DNA of 64,000 nt from Felis catus (lineage: Eukaryota): assembly GCF_018350175.1 (NCBI RefSeq), contig NC_058368.1:194744001-194808000 (forward strand). The letters are read 5' to 3'. This document shows positions 1 through 12,502 of the stretch, in pieces. The position numbers and the translations under genes were made by a program. How positions within the stretch are numbered: the first letter of the stretch is position 1; each line of letters opens with the position of its first letter. The notes beneath the pieces are model-generated. The model did not search any database. It saw nothing but the letters and a program-made list of their open reading frames with translations, and was not told the origin of the DNA.

Positions 1-649
1 TAATCAACTGCAAAAGATGCTGATGGTCAGGAATGTTACACTTGAGGAAAATTATCTGTCCATCTTGCTATTAGGGACACACAGCGAAGAAGGACTGACT
101 CTGAGCCAGGCAGTCTCCATCTCCCAGGGTAGGCACAGACCCAGGAAAGGCCATACTTCTCTCTTCCTGCAGAATGTGATGAAATCATCCTCCTTCCCCT
201 GCTCCTAAACAACCCAGGATGTCAGCAGATTTGCCCCCAGGGTGGTTTTGTCACCTGCCCCAACCCGATCTCTAACAGGCAAGTAGGACAGAGTAAGGGT
301 TTGACTTTCTCAAGAGTCTGACTGTAACCCATGGGCAGGGCTGAAGCAGCCAGCTCTGGAGCAGGATTTTAGGGACGTTTGGAAAGCCATATCTCCCACA
401 ACACGTGTCCATACTTACTGTCACACACACTGTGTGTGTGTTTCTTTTGTTAATTTGTAGGTAGAATCAAAATAAATATTTGATAGCTTTAGTTTACATA
501 AAGTAAAATTCTTGATTAGATTTTAGTGTCTGATCTAGGTAATAAACAACTTCCCCTCTAGTATATAATTGCCAATTCATGAGGCACGTAATGCCAAAAT
601 CGGACTTCTCGAGAAGTGAAACGTTCCTAGCACAACCTCTCTGGCTTAA

Positions 650-740
650 AATCAGAAGACCGAGATTCTAGTCCAAGCACTTTCTCACTAACTTGTTATG
701 CAGCCTTGAGCAAACCTCCTCACCTCTCTGAACTCCAGGA
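650..740 (+). mobile_element. MIR fragment
   Basis: Degenerate MIR core: 'tcagaagacc..ttctagtcc..actaacttgttatgcagccttgagcaa..cacctctctgaactcc'. Confidence 0.6.
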
Positions 741-759
741 GAATCCAAATCCATATAAC

Positions 760-1470
760 CCAACTTTTATCGAATGTCTATTTAAAAGACACTAATAAGC
801 AAGATAAAGTTGTGCAAAGAGCATAATGATATCTTTGCCCTCAACCGAAGGTAAGACAAACATTGATGATTACGGTACAAGATCAAATAAGAAAAGAATC
901 ATGGGAAAATTATAGTTTGGGTCAGGGTGGAAATTGAGAAGCTACCTTAGAAAAGTTAGTATTGAGGCATGGATGAGAAGGTGAATGAGTTTCAAGGGAA
1001 GACATGAAAAGTGAAATGAATATTTCAGGGAAAGGAAACATGAACCAAGATTTGAAAAGATAGAAAAATGACAGACTGTGATTGCCTGGGGTGGTTTGGC
1101 TTGGTTAGAGGACAGAGTGCTAAAAGAGGAGTAGTAAAAGTTGAGGACTAGAGACAGAGCGTGAAGCCTGACTTTAGAAAGCAGTTATTTTGTCTAAAGA
1201 ATTTATCATTCATTCTGGCAATGGGGAGCCATTAGATACTTTGGAGTGAGGGAGTGCCACGATCAAAGCTGGGCTTTGGGGATGGGAGTCTGGCAACTGT
1301 GTAGGATATGAATGAAGGGTGGAGAAAGACTGGAGGCAAGAAAGCAGTCAGGAGGCTACTGCATTACCTCTCCCAGGGAGCTATAACAAGGCACTGATTT
1401 AAGGCAGTGTATAGCTCCCGTGGATGTGAGAAAAAAGAAAAGAAAGAAAGTAGATGTGAGAGCATTTTAA
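760..1470 (-). mobile_element. L2 3' region fragment
   Basis: Purine-rich antisense L2 motifs: 'ggcaatggggagccatt', 'agactggaggcaagaaagcagtcaggaggctactgca'. Confidence 0.7.
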
Positions 1471-1481
1471 ATTCTTTACTT

Positions 1482-2013
1482 TTATAAGAAATAGGTCATC
1501 GAGAACTGGGAAGGGTATGAGCTCCTATGAGATAATAATTCAGCCTGCCACAATTTCAAGATGCTGACAGAAGACGTGAGACTCATGGGTCTGAAACAAT
1601 GGAGTTTATTACTCAAAGTACAGCAGGCGGCATGAGCTTCATGTTCGCTTGCATTTCCCTGGTCCTGCACGTCTTGTGGGGCAACAATACAGAGATGCGC
1701 CCAGGGGGGTGCAGCCACCACAGTGTATTTGTGATGTAGCTGAAGAACCCACACCTCAGGAAAGCTCCAATCTTATTAAGGGGGGTAACCAACAAACCTG
1801 TCCAATCTTTCCCCCAGAGTGAGATGCTATCTTCATTCCTCTGATCAGGAAAGAAATCTTCCCTGGGCCCTAGAGAGGGATGCTATCTTGATCTTCCAAG
1901 GCTGCTTTTTGTACAAATATCCTTGAAAAGGCAGCCCTGAACAAAGCTGTCAATGTCTCTCACTCAAAGATAGGCAGAACTGCAGGAGACCCACAGAGAG
2001 CTGTATCCTAACA
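1482..2013 (-). mobile_element. ERVL-class solo LTR (MER76-like)
   Basis: Minus strand starts TGTTAGG.. and reads 'gggtctc..ttctgc..ttttcaaggatatttgt..cagccttggaagat', resembling MER76 as recalled; minus-strand AATAAA (tttatt ~1606). Confidence 0.6.
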
Positions 2014-2869
2014 GTCTTCATCGACGGAAATGAGTGTTTCATGCTTCTGTACATGACTGGAGAGCTTCCCTATGAAAACAACCAGGTAGGTAGACGTTAG
2101 CAGGGCCACATAAGTGCCGAATAAAAAAAGAAGGCTGTGTCTCCTTTGGTTTACTGTGAACCACCAAGACACAAACATTCCTTCTGTTGATGAAGATGAA
2201 AGTAGGGTTTACCAGTTACCCACCCCGGGGAACCATATAGTGGGCAGGACCTTTATCTCAACACTTCATACCCAGCTTGATGGTTATTACCGCGCATATT
2301 TTTATCCTCCTGAAAGGTTCTGGTGTTGAAGAAGATGGTTTTGCATAGCTGTGTAAACATCGCTTCTGCTTCCCGGGATGACAGAGAAGGGGGAGACTCA
2401 TAACAGCGTTAGCATTTTCACTTACTGAGCACCTTTTACCTGAAGAACCCAATTAATGCTCTGCCTAGGATGTATTCATTTATACTCCATGATGCCCCTG
2501 AGAGGCAAGGTAAGTATTATTACATTCACCCAGCAGTTCTACAATGGGGGTCATGAAATTGAATGTCAGGTCAGATCAGAAAGGTTCAGAAGGACACTAG
2601 CAAGACGAGTTGCTCGAATAGATGCCACCATTTCCTCTGTCGTGCTTTCTAGAGAATAACTACATATATCAGACGCTATCTTCTGGCAAGATACTTAGCT
2701 AGGTTATTCTTGTATTTCTAGAACACTGAAGTCATACATGTGTGTCTTTGAATAGTACCAAGGTAGAGAAAACTTGAACAGGGAGGTATTATCTTTGCTC
2801 ACAACTTATCTGCACACAAGATTGACAACCTTCAAACCTCCAGTGCACAAAACCTTCACTATTGAAAAA

Positions 2870-3075
2870 TAATAATAATCCCTTACATTTCCATAGCCTC
2901 TTTCACACCCTTTATTTTAGGTGATCTTCCTCAGAAGGTACTCTGTATTATCTCTACTTTAGAGATGAGGAAAGTGAGGCGGGGGAAGAAATGACCTGAG
3001 TTGCCCAAGGATAGATCACTAACTAGAGATATGCCAGGATGGGATCACTGGTAACTGATTCTAAATCTAGGGCTC
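2870..3075 (-). mobile_element. MIR
   Basis: 'tattatctctactttagagatgaggaaagtgaggc..ttgcccaagg..ctgattctaaatc'. Confidence 0.7.
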
Positions 3076-3139
3076 CCCTCTTCACTTTTAGTGAAAACAA
3101 ACAATCTACCAGTCTGTCATTGAAAATTATACTTAAGAC

Positions 3140-3400
3140 TTACTGCTAATTAAATAAGCATGTATTTAGTGCCTTCTTTGTAGTTCAACACCACGTATGG
3201 AAGAAGAAATTGAGTAAGCATGGTCTCTGTTCCTAATGAGTTCACAGTATGGCTGGGAGACCATAAAGTCAGCAACTACAGTGATTTGTGTGTTGTAATC
3301 ATAGTGTATATCTGAGTGGGGTGCACACTTAGAGGAGAAGGATCTCAATTAGCTATGGGGAGCAGAGAGCTTGAGGTAGCAAGAGGAGTGGAGAGGGAAA
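3140..3400 (-). mobile_element. L2 3' end fragment (appears to resume at ~5480-6170 after an L1 insertion)
   Basis: 'aagcatgtatttagtgcc..ggtctctgttcctaatgagttcacagt..gggagac'. Confidence 0.55.
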
Positions 3401-4162
3401 GAGGGACACCAGCAAAATGGCACAATAGGAAGCCCTCCTTTCCCCATCCCCCACAAACATACCAATTCGGCAACAATTCCTGGGCAAATTTCCTTTGCGA
3501 GGAATCAGACGCTAATTAAAAAACTCCCACACCCCAAGCGAGTGTGAAACAAGACACTAAAGCCAGCAGGGAGATTCAAGACAACCTCTTGCTGTTGACA
3601 CTGCTCCTAGCACAGCACCGTACAATCAGGAAGAGATCCCTAGCTCTCCTAACTTTCAGTCAGGAGGGGGAACAAATCATCATGTTGTACACCTTAAACA
3701 TATACAATGCTGTATGTCAATTTTATCTCAATAAAGCAGGGAGGGGGATAGAAAATGGGTCAATATCTCTGATGAATATAAATGCAAAAATCTTCAACGA
3801 AATACCAACAAACTGAGTCCAATAGCATCTTAAAAGGATCTTACACCATGAACAAATGGGATTTACCCTTGGGATGCACGATTGTTCAATATGTGAAGTC
3901 AGTTAATGTCATACACCACGTTAAGAGAATAAAGAATAAAATGGCATAAGTACTTCAAGAGAATAGAAAAAGCATTTGACATAATCCTACACCCATTCTT
4001 GATAAAAGCTCTCAACAAACTAGGTATAGAAGAAACACACCTCAACATAATAAAGGACACATGTGACAAGCCCACAGCTAACATCATGGTCAACAGTGAA
4101 AACCTGAAAGCCTTCCCTCTAAGATCAGTCACACAGCAAAGACACCCATTCTTGCCACTTCT

Positions 4163-4385
4163 TTTGTTTTAATTTTTTTAAATTTTTATTTATTTTTGAG
4201 AGACAGAGACAGAAGGTGAATGGGTTAAGGGCAGAGAGAGAGACACACACACAGAATCTGAAGCAGGCTCCAGGCTCCAAGCTGTCAGCGCAGAGCCCGA
4301 CGCGGGGCTCGAACTTACGAGCTGTGAGATCATGACCTGAGCCGAAGTCAGATGCTGAACTGACTGAGCCACCCAGGTGCACCCC
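4163..4385 (-). mobile_element. CanSINE (SINEC)
   Basis: tRNA-like head, (CT)n region and A tail on minus strand; TSD cccattcttgccacttct at 4145-4162 and 4384-4401. Confidence 0.95.
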
Positions 4386-4544
4386 CATTCTTGCCACTTC
4401 TATTTACAGAGGCCTCAAAGTCCTAGCCAGAGCAATTAGGCAAGATAAGTAAAGGCATCCAAATCAGAAAGGAAAAAGTAAAATCGTCCCTGCTTGCAAA
4501 TGACATAATCTTATACAAAGAAAACTACAAAGACTCCATTTTAA

Positions 4545-4762
4545 TTTTTTTTTTTCAACGTTTATTTATTTTTGGGACAGAGAGAGACAGAGCATGAACG
4601 GGGGAGGGGCAGAGAGAGAGAGGGAGACACAGAATCGGAAACAGGCTCCAGGCTCTGAGCCATCATCAGCCCAGAGCCCGATGCGGGGCTCGAACTCCCG
4701 GACCGCGAGATCGTGACCTGGCTGAAGTCGGACGCTTAACCGACTGCGCCACCCAAGCGCCC
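4545..4762 (-). mobile_element. Young felid CanSINE (SINEC_Fc type)
   Basis: Diagnostic 'cagccaggtcacgatctcgcggtcc' and 'ctgggctgatg' on minus strand; CpGs intact; TSD ctccattttaa at 4534-4544 and 4763-4773. Confidence 0.95.
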
Positions 4763-5479
4763 CTCCATTTTAAAAAAACTATTAGAATAAATAAATTCAG
4801 TGAAGTTGCAAGATACAAAACCAACATACAATCTCATACGAACTAGGCATCTACATACTAACAAACTATCTTTGACAAGGGTGCCAGGAATACACAATGG
4901 AGAAAAGACAGTCTTTTCAGCAAATGGCACTGGGAACATTGGATACACACCAGAGGGAGAGAGGGAGAGGGAAGGGTGGGAGAAGGCAGGAGGAAGGAAG
5001 GAAAGAAGGGAAGAAGGGAGGGAGGGAGGGGAGGAATTGACTTTAATCTTACATCACACACGAAAATCAACTCCAAATAGGTTGAAGACTTAAACTAAGA
5101 CAAACTGGAAAGGAAAATGGGAAGTCCTAGAAGAAAACACTGGGGACACTCTTCATGACAGTCTTTGCAATAATTTCATAAATATGGCACCAAAAGCACA
5201 GGCAATAAAAACAAAAATAAACAAGTAGGACTACGGCAAACTAAAAAGCTTCTGCATAGCAAAGGAAACAATCAACAGATTATAGGCAACCTATAGGATG
5301 GGAGACAATGTTTGCAAACAGTATATCTGATAAGCAGTTAACTTCCCAAATACATAAGGAACTTTAAATTCATACAATTTTATATGTCAATTATGTCTCA
5401 ATAAGTTTTTTAAATAAAATTTAAGTAAAAATAAAACTTACTCTTTAAATTTTAAATAATGTTTTTAAATAAAAGTAGA

Positions 5480-6170
5480 GTGAACAGACACCCCAAGGAA
5501 TGAGTAGGCAGTGGTTAAGTAGACAAAGTGCTTGGAATAAATGCTGGGTGGAAAAAACTATAGGGCCAGATACCAATCATGGATGACCTTGTCTAACAAA
5601 TAAGAAATTCAAAATTCGTTCTGACAGATTAAAGCCATGGTGGGGGTAAAGGGGAGGAGGTACCTTGAAAATCTTTAAACAGGGAGAAGCATAAACAAAT
5701 TTGAATATTACATTAATCACTCTAGTCATTGAGGGTAGGCAGGAGGATGACAGTATACTTTGAAATAGGGAGACCCTTGGGAAGCTCCTACCTAATTGAA
5801 ATCTAGGAATTATGGGCCTGAATTAAATTTAGAATAAGATGTTAAATCATAAGATATCAAAGAAGAACGAAGGAATTTCTTGAATAACTACATTGGGATA
5901 GAACATATGAGGGAGAGAATCTAAAACGACTCCCAGATACTGAGTGAATGATGATACCATTCAGGGAGACAAGAATGTTCAGAGAAAAGATGATGAACTT
6001 ATTTGGAATGCTGCATTTGAATTTGTTGTATGAGGTATGGTTTGGAGTTTTGTTTTCAGAGCCATCAGATTATAATTGATAGTTCCTACAATAGGCTTAG
6101 AAAAGGTCACTCACAGGGAGAATATGTAGGATTTGAAAATAAAGGGATCGGAGTGAGGAGAGAAGACAAA
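5480..6170 (-). mobile_element. L2 fragment
   Basis: 'ctaaaacgactcccag..tgagtgaatgatgataccattc', 'gatgatgaact..tttggaatgctgcatttga'. Confidence 0.6.
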
Positions 6171-6401
6171 AGGAACTGAAAAAAGTAGAGATGATGCCAT
6201 TCTTTTCTCAGGCATGGAAAAAATTAAACTCAAATGCTCTAAGGCATCCATTTTATCTAATTATTTAACTTCTCTCCTATGCACCTAGAATGGTACTAGT
6301 CATGTACTTTCCATGGGAGAATTGAGCAAATAGTCCCTAAAACCATAATTTGCTTTTTGTATCTCAGGTGAGGATCCCTGATTAAGAAAGGCTCTTGGGT
6401 A

Positions 6402-6630
6402 GGGGCACCTGGGTGGCTTGGTTGGTTAAGTGTCGACTTTGGCTGAGGGCATGATCTCACAGTTCGTGGGTTCGAGCCCTGCCTTGGGCTCTGTGCTGAC
6501 AGCTCGGAGCTAGGAGCCTGCTTCAGATTCTGTGTCTCCCTCTCTCTCTGCCCCTCCCCTGCTCACTCACTCTATCTCAAAAATGAATAAACATTTAAAA
6601 AAGAAAAAAGAAACATTTAAAAAAAGAAAA
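6402..6630 (+). mobile_element. CanSINE
   Basis: ggggcacctgggtggc head; TSD aagaaaggctcttggg at 6384-6399 and 6631-6646; tail segment duplicated. Confidence 0.95.
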
Positions 6631-8383
6631 AAGAAAGGCTCTTGGGCAGAGAGGAAGAAAATCATAGAAAACAAGAGAGATGGTCGATGGAAAATGCCAC
6701 AAAGAAGCTGAGAAGGAAAAGGACTTGGAAAATAGGGGTTATTACCAGTTATCCAGAGCAATTTTAATGTGTAGCAGAAGACAGGGCATTACATTGGTAG
6801 AGGAGTAAATGGGTCCTGATAAACTGGCTGAAAACTAGTGTTTACTTTTGAGGAAAGTTGACCATTAAGAACAGAAAAGAAATTAGACCACGGCTCCTGG
6901 GGAACGTGGAATTGCTCATGTTTATATACTGAAGAGAAAGAACAAGTATTACGAGGTGGCATTTGAAGGTAAGACCACAAAGTGGAAGATGGGCAGAACA
7001 AGGTTCGCAAGCGAGTGGAGGATGGGATTGAAAGACAAAGATACTATACCGTGGACCAGGGGAAAGAATTTATCTTCCTCTGAGATAGGGAGGAAGTTGG
7101 AAAGTTATTGGAAGGAGATAAGCTGGGAGATGTCATGAGAGGCAATTTCTGGAGCTAGAATGATGGAATCCACCTTCTCAGTGAAGCATTTAAGGTCAGC
7201 CACTGAGTGACAAAAGAAACATGACAGAACTGGGCACCTTCAGGAAGGGTTAAAATCATGCAAGAATCTTGGAGGGAAACCAGGAAGGGATGTGATTTAG
7301 AACCTGTGGAAGATAGCCAAGCTGCATGGAGAAGCCAAATGAGATTGAAAACCCCTAGAAACATGTAATGCCTTATATTCTAGATTGTCCCCAGTGGAGC
7401 ATTTGCAATCATTGCTACTCCCTCGAAGCCCATCCTTTAGGAACCAAAGACATGCACTCGCCAGAGAAAGGGACAGGTTTGAGGCAACCATACTTGGCTA
7501 GGAAAGAAGCGTGTCTAAGAAATTTTAATGGACACTAAACCCTCTAACAGTTCTTTGTCCTCCTTAGCTAACAAGCTCAGGAAAACTGGTTCCTCTCCGG
7601 GATTGTATTCTCAAATGCATATTATTTGCCTTTGTGTCAGTCAGCCACACAAACCCAAATGCACTGATGTATTATCTACATTGCTACCAAATGCAATAGG
7701 GCCCTTGAGTTCAGAAGATTCAGCAGCTATTCAAGCACATCTCTACATCACTCTTTCACTTGGCCCTTAATTAGTCTTAAGATGAAGTTGATGTTCCAGG
7801 TCAAAGACTAAAATGCAATGGCAAGTATGTCTCTTACTTCTGGTATTGGAGGTACTGGTCGGTGGATTTCTGTCCTTGATTTCAAGAGAGTTAGCACATT
7901 GTGACTTAAATGGAGAGGTCTGGTTTCCAGTCAACCAATATGTCAATTCAGTGAACCTGTTATCTGTCTACAACCTGCCAAACACTATGCTCAGGCTGCA
8001 CCTGTATGTCAAACAGAGACAGCCCCTGCTATTGTGAACCTTACAAGTGTAGTGTGAAGAAAGGCCATCTTATCAATGGTAAGGTCACCAATGAAGGGGT
8101 GAATAGGAGAAAAAGAGGGTGTCCATTGGAAAGTTGATGTGGAAAAAAAAAAGGAAACTTGGATTGTGAGCTAGAGTGGAAAGCCTAAAATCCATTAGCC
8201 CCATTTTTTGAGGGTAAAATTGATGCTATTAGGGGGTTTCCTGGCCATGCAGGGTTTCTTCATCACTCTCATCTCCGTGTATCAAGCTTAAAGAGGAAGT
8301 CTAATCCATGAGTTTGGATGATATGTCCTTACATACATATAGTGAGAACAGTATGTAAGAAACTAAGAAACATAGACTTCTAT

Positions 8384-8585
8384 GGGCTCCTGGGTGGCTC
8401 AGTCGGTTAAGCATCCGACTCTTGATTTCGGCTCAGGTCACGATCTCACAGTTTGTGAGTCTAAGCTCCGCGTCAGGCTCTGTACTGACAGTGCAGAACC
8501 TGCTCGAGATTCTCTCTCCCCCCCCCTCTCTCTGCCCTTCTCCTGCTCGCTCTCTCTCTCTCTAAATAAACAAACTTTTAAAAAT
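8384..8585 (+). mobile_element. CanSINE
   Basis: 'gggctcctgggtggctcagtcggttaagcatccgact..' followed by (CT)n and aaataaa. Confidence 0.93.
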
Positions 8586-11019
8586 TGCTTCTTTATATTT
8601 GAATGGAATTCTCTCTTCCTGTCATTTCTGCCCACTTAATGCCCTAATTTTAAAAGAGATTTGAAAAAATAAAACCAAATAAAATAATCTTTAGCTATAC
8701 AAGACAAGCTAACAGGATTTACATGTAGGTAACGTCATGTATTAAAATTATTGACACAGCTCTTGATCTTGGGCTAATTTATACACGTTTCCAAAAGCTA
8801 AGCGCGTGCATTCCCACCGCCACCGCTGGGGAAGGAAGGAACGTGTCATGTGTGTATATGCTGAGAAATCAGTCACTTTTTGAGGCAAGTCTGGAATTAG
8901 AGACAGTCCAATAGAAAAGAAGCAGAGGTTCTCATCAGTCTGACCAGACAACAGGCTTGTTCTGTCTTGAGCTCTCTCCATCTCTGCCTCTCGCTCACTC
9001 GCTTAGTTCACTGGTGTCCTACACTGGAGTAAACAATTCCTGTTTTCCATCCACCCTAGTCCCCCGTAAGCTGTATTCCTGTGTCCCCTAAGCAAATTTT
9101 ATACGAGAACATTCCAAATTTGATGTTCTCCCTGAGCCAAATCCTTCATTTATCGGAAAGGAGAGTACTTTTGAGTCCGGTACAGTATCTCAGACTGCAA
9201 TTTGTCCTCAGCTTGGCTTCTCCCAGGTTATGTGTAGAAGGGAAACAAACAGAAAGAGCTGTCACTGGCAACTCCAGAAGCGGTTGGGCAGAGAGCTACA
9301 GACACCCCAGCAGGGAGCTAAAGGAAACTGGGTACATTCTTCTCCACTTTGCCCCAGAGCCCCACACAGGAATGGCCCTTGGGACCCGAGTGCATCCACT
9401 GCGCTGGCAGAAGAATCAGAAACTGACAGAGTGAGAACTGATTCCTATAGTGGCCCTGGGGTCTGGTTAGGCATGGCGGGGGCAGTGGCACCGCAGAACT
9501 CAGGGTTCTGGAGGGAAACCAGGAAGGGATGGAGGCCCTCAGGGTCTAGGGAAGTGGTGGAGCCTGTCAGCAGGTGGCTTGCCTCTGGACACCAGAGAAA
9601 GCAACAGCCCTTGGCCAATGAACACTGCAAAACATCAGCTATGAGCTTCATAGCGGGCGTCTAGAAGGGGGAAATGGCAGATGCCAGGTAATAGCTGACC
9701 AGATTTATTTGTTAGCACATATGCAACTCTCCCTGGGGACCCCCTGAAATAGTTTGAAGCGCCTTGCCGGGGGGCTGAAGGCACTGCATTAGCAGGTGCA
9801 GATGAAAGGCACAGCAATATGGGCTTTTACCAATAATGCTTCACTCTAAAGAGAGACTGAGGGGGTTGGGGGGAAACCAAAATGATGAATTCAACAGAAT
9901 CACAGAATGAGTACGAAATATGCATTGTTTGAATGGGCAAACTAAAACCCAGAAAGGGACAGGGACAATGGCAAGGCCACACAGCTGGGGAAATAGCAGA
10001 ACAAGGACTAAGGTTCCTGTCTAGCACATCCCCCTCCCCCACTGTGGGTCCCACATCTCCAATTAGACTGTCACTGGCATTGCTCTTGTGATAACCATGC
10101 TGGCCCTTGAATTTGTAGATTCAGACTAAATATGTGTGGATTGATGATTTAGACAGCAAAACTGACTATTTCTCTGTCTGCATTTTTTATCAGACCTTCA
10201 GAGGGAAGAGAAAAAGGAGACCAAAGGTCAGGGAGAGGCTGAGCTGGGGATGGGGGGCTGCTGAAATGCAATCTTTCTCCCCCACCTCCCAGGGCCCACT
10301 CCTGTGTTCTCTAGAGAGGCAGGGGGAGGGGCAGTGAGGTAGAGAAGCAGGCGGGTCACAAGGGTTATGTGAGTGCATGCATATGGAGCATGTGTCGTAG
10401 GTTTTCTGTATTTCTGCCGATGGCTGTGTGTTTCTGGCAGAGCCGGGAAGAAGGGAGGGAGACTTTGGGCGGAGGGCACAAGCTCTAAAGAGAGAATGGA
10501 ATACAGGTAATAAAAAAGCAAGTGATAATGCCTTCCACAAACAGCAACTAGCAAGCCTGAGCCACCACAACCATAAAACACCGGCACCTGCCACAACCCA
10601 TAACCAGCTTGATACGACTCGCCCGCCCAGCCTGCCTCCTGCACCGCTCTGTGCCAGGCTGCCGCAGAGGCGCATCACCGGCTCCCCGGAGACTGCTGCC
10701 TGGTCCCACGCCAGAACCTGATTACCTTCCTCTTCCTCACCACCAGGAGCACAGAGCACCTGCTGAGATAGATGGAAGGAGGAAGGTTCGGCTGCAATGA
10801 TCTGTCATCTTTACAGGGTTTCCAGGACAACACCATGGAGATGGTGACCACAGAGTTCCTCACCATTCATCTCCCAGGGCCTCCCCCATTCACACCCTCA
10901 CCCAGGCCCTGGTCTCTGCTTGTCTAGGTCTGCTCCCCCACCGGCCTGTGCTTGGATCCTTTTTCACTCTCCTCCAATAGGGAGCCACAGAATCTGAACT
11001 ACTCACATTACTAGGTTTT

Positions 11020-11225
11020 CTTTAACATCTACAATGGGCCATGTGCTTTGCTAAAGGTTTTCCCTGCACTGCCTTATTTAATTTTCACAGCAATCTTATG
11101 ACACAGGTACTATTGTTACGATACTTGCTTTGCAAATCAGAAAAACATGGCCTAAATGTCACAGAGCTAGAAAGAGTGTGAGCCAAGGGTAAAACCATGG
11201 GCCAGAGCCCCTGCTTCTAAGCACT
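11020..11225 (-). mobile_element. MIR
   Basis: 'ttaattttcacagcaatcttatga..aggtactattgtt..tcacagagctagaaag'. Confidence 0.7.
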
Positions 11226-12210
11226 TGATTCTAAGTTTGCATTTTAACCAAACCTCCTATGTTCAAGCTAGCAGGGACATATTGCCCTAACAGGCTTTTC
11301 TAGCCCATGGAACCATCTGCTTGAATTATCTCAGCCACCTGAATTTTCTACTCCACTTCAAGTCAAGGCCATACTCCCCATCACCCTACAAAGGTGCTCG
11401 ACCGGGACCCATTTCCTTCCATGGAAACAATTCTCTTCCCTTAATGGCAACCTTGCCAGTGTGTGCATACCACTTGGCACTCTTCTTGTATATTCTGCCA
11501 CTCAGTCCTCAGACTGCCCCTGGGATGTTAGCCTAATCTTCGAGGGGTGGGGGGGAAGGCGAGCTCACCAGGGTGAAGGTGAACAGAGTCACAGAACCCA
11601 TGAGCAACACGGCCAGGGCTAGAAGTTGAGTTTTCAAAGTTCTTACCAGCACTTCTCTCCATCACATCCAGGTTGGAACAATCAAAGATGTCCCACAAGC
11701 CAGTCACCACACAAACCAATTTCAACCAGGAACCACTTGCACCAGTCAACGAAGGCCTTCCTTCTCTTCCCCAAATCCTGGTGAATCAATCAGGCACGGA
11801 TGCAGTGATGTCCTCCTGCTTCATTTGCCTCAGCCTCCACCCAGGGAGGGAGAGCACAGAAAGAAGCACAGGATGCTCTTCTCACAAAGAGAGAGCATTT
11901 TACATGATGCTCTCAGAGGGAGGGAACAACCACAATGCCTTCATTAAAAAGAAGATGTAAACAGCTGTCTAGCCTTTTGAAAACACTCCCCATTGGGAGC
12001 AGAGATGGCAAAGAAAAAATGCAGCAAAAGGAAAGAACATTTAAAGAACAGGAGGCAGCTGCCCCAGGACAAGGCACGAGGGTGTCAGTTAAGAGTTCTA
12101 GATCCTCTGGTGGCTTTCTTATGCCTAAAAAATAAATCCAGGTGCTTCCCTGGTTTCTGTTCACCATTAGCTGCCTTTCTAGTTTTGTTTCCCACTATTC
12201 TCCTGGACCT

Positions 12211-12230
12211 TTTTATTTAAGTTTCTTTAT

Positions 12231-12282
<52 letters not shown>

Positions 12283-12442
12283 AGGGGGAGGGGCATATAG
12301 AGAGGGAGAGGGAGAATCCCAAGCAGGCTCTGTGCTGTCAACATGGAGCCCAATGTGGGGCTTGAACTCATGAACCATGAGATCATGACCTGAGCTGAAA
12401 CCAAAAGTCAGACCCTTAACCGCCTGAGTCACCCAGGTGCCC
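12211..12442 (-). mobile_element. CanSINE with long (GA)n tract
   Basis: Minus-strand head ending '..cccaggtgccc'; (GA)n at 12234-12277; flanking 'tctcctgga' duplication. Confidence 0.93.
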
Positions 12443-12502
12443 TCTCCTGGATCTTCTCTAGGCCTTTACCCAAATGGGCTATGCCCTGTACATACTCTAC
12501 AA

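Larger units (their letters stand above)
3414..5420 (+). mobile_element. Rearranged and degraded LINE-1 (5'-end-like piece, a 3'-end piece, ORF2 fragments), interrupted by two SINEs
   Basis: ORF2 homology 'tctctgatgaatataaatgcaaaaatcttcaac', 'gaaaaagcatttgac', 'ttgcaaatgacataatc' (FADD region), 'aaactaaaaagcttctgcatagcaaagg'; 3'-end motif 'tgtcaattttatctcaataaa'. Confidence 0.85.

Noticed and set aside
604..617. 14-bp palindrome acttctcgagaagt (STAT6-like TTC-N4-GAA)
   Set aside because: A few palindromes of this length are expected by chance in 64 kb, and there is no supporting context.
2015..2085. Plus-strand exon-like segment (FIDGNECFMLLYMTGELPYENNQ, donor CAG|GTAGGT)
   Set aside because: The acceptor is just the LTR terminus with no pyrimidine tract, and the peptide is unrecognised.
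6345..6373. Pyrimidine tract plus CAG|GTGAGG resembling a recursive splice site
   Set aside because: Single motif on the strand opposite the inferred host transcript; common by chance.
6402..6480. tRNA-like A/B boxes
   Set aside because: These are SINE heads, not tRNA genes; the same applies to all SINE copies.
10441..10506. 66-nt plus-strand exon-like segment
   Set aside because: Weak acceptor and donor; no recognisable peptide in any frame.
10190..10759. 189-aa minus-strand ORF
   Set aside because: No recognisable domain, non-ATG start and overlapping ORFs in several frames, as expected of GC-rich non-coding DNA.
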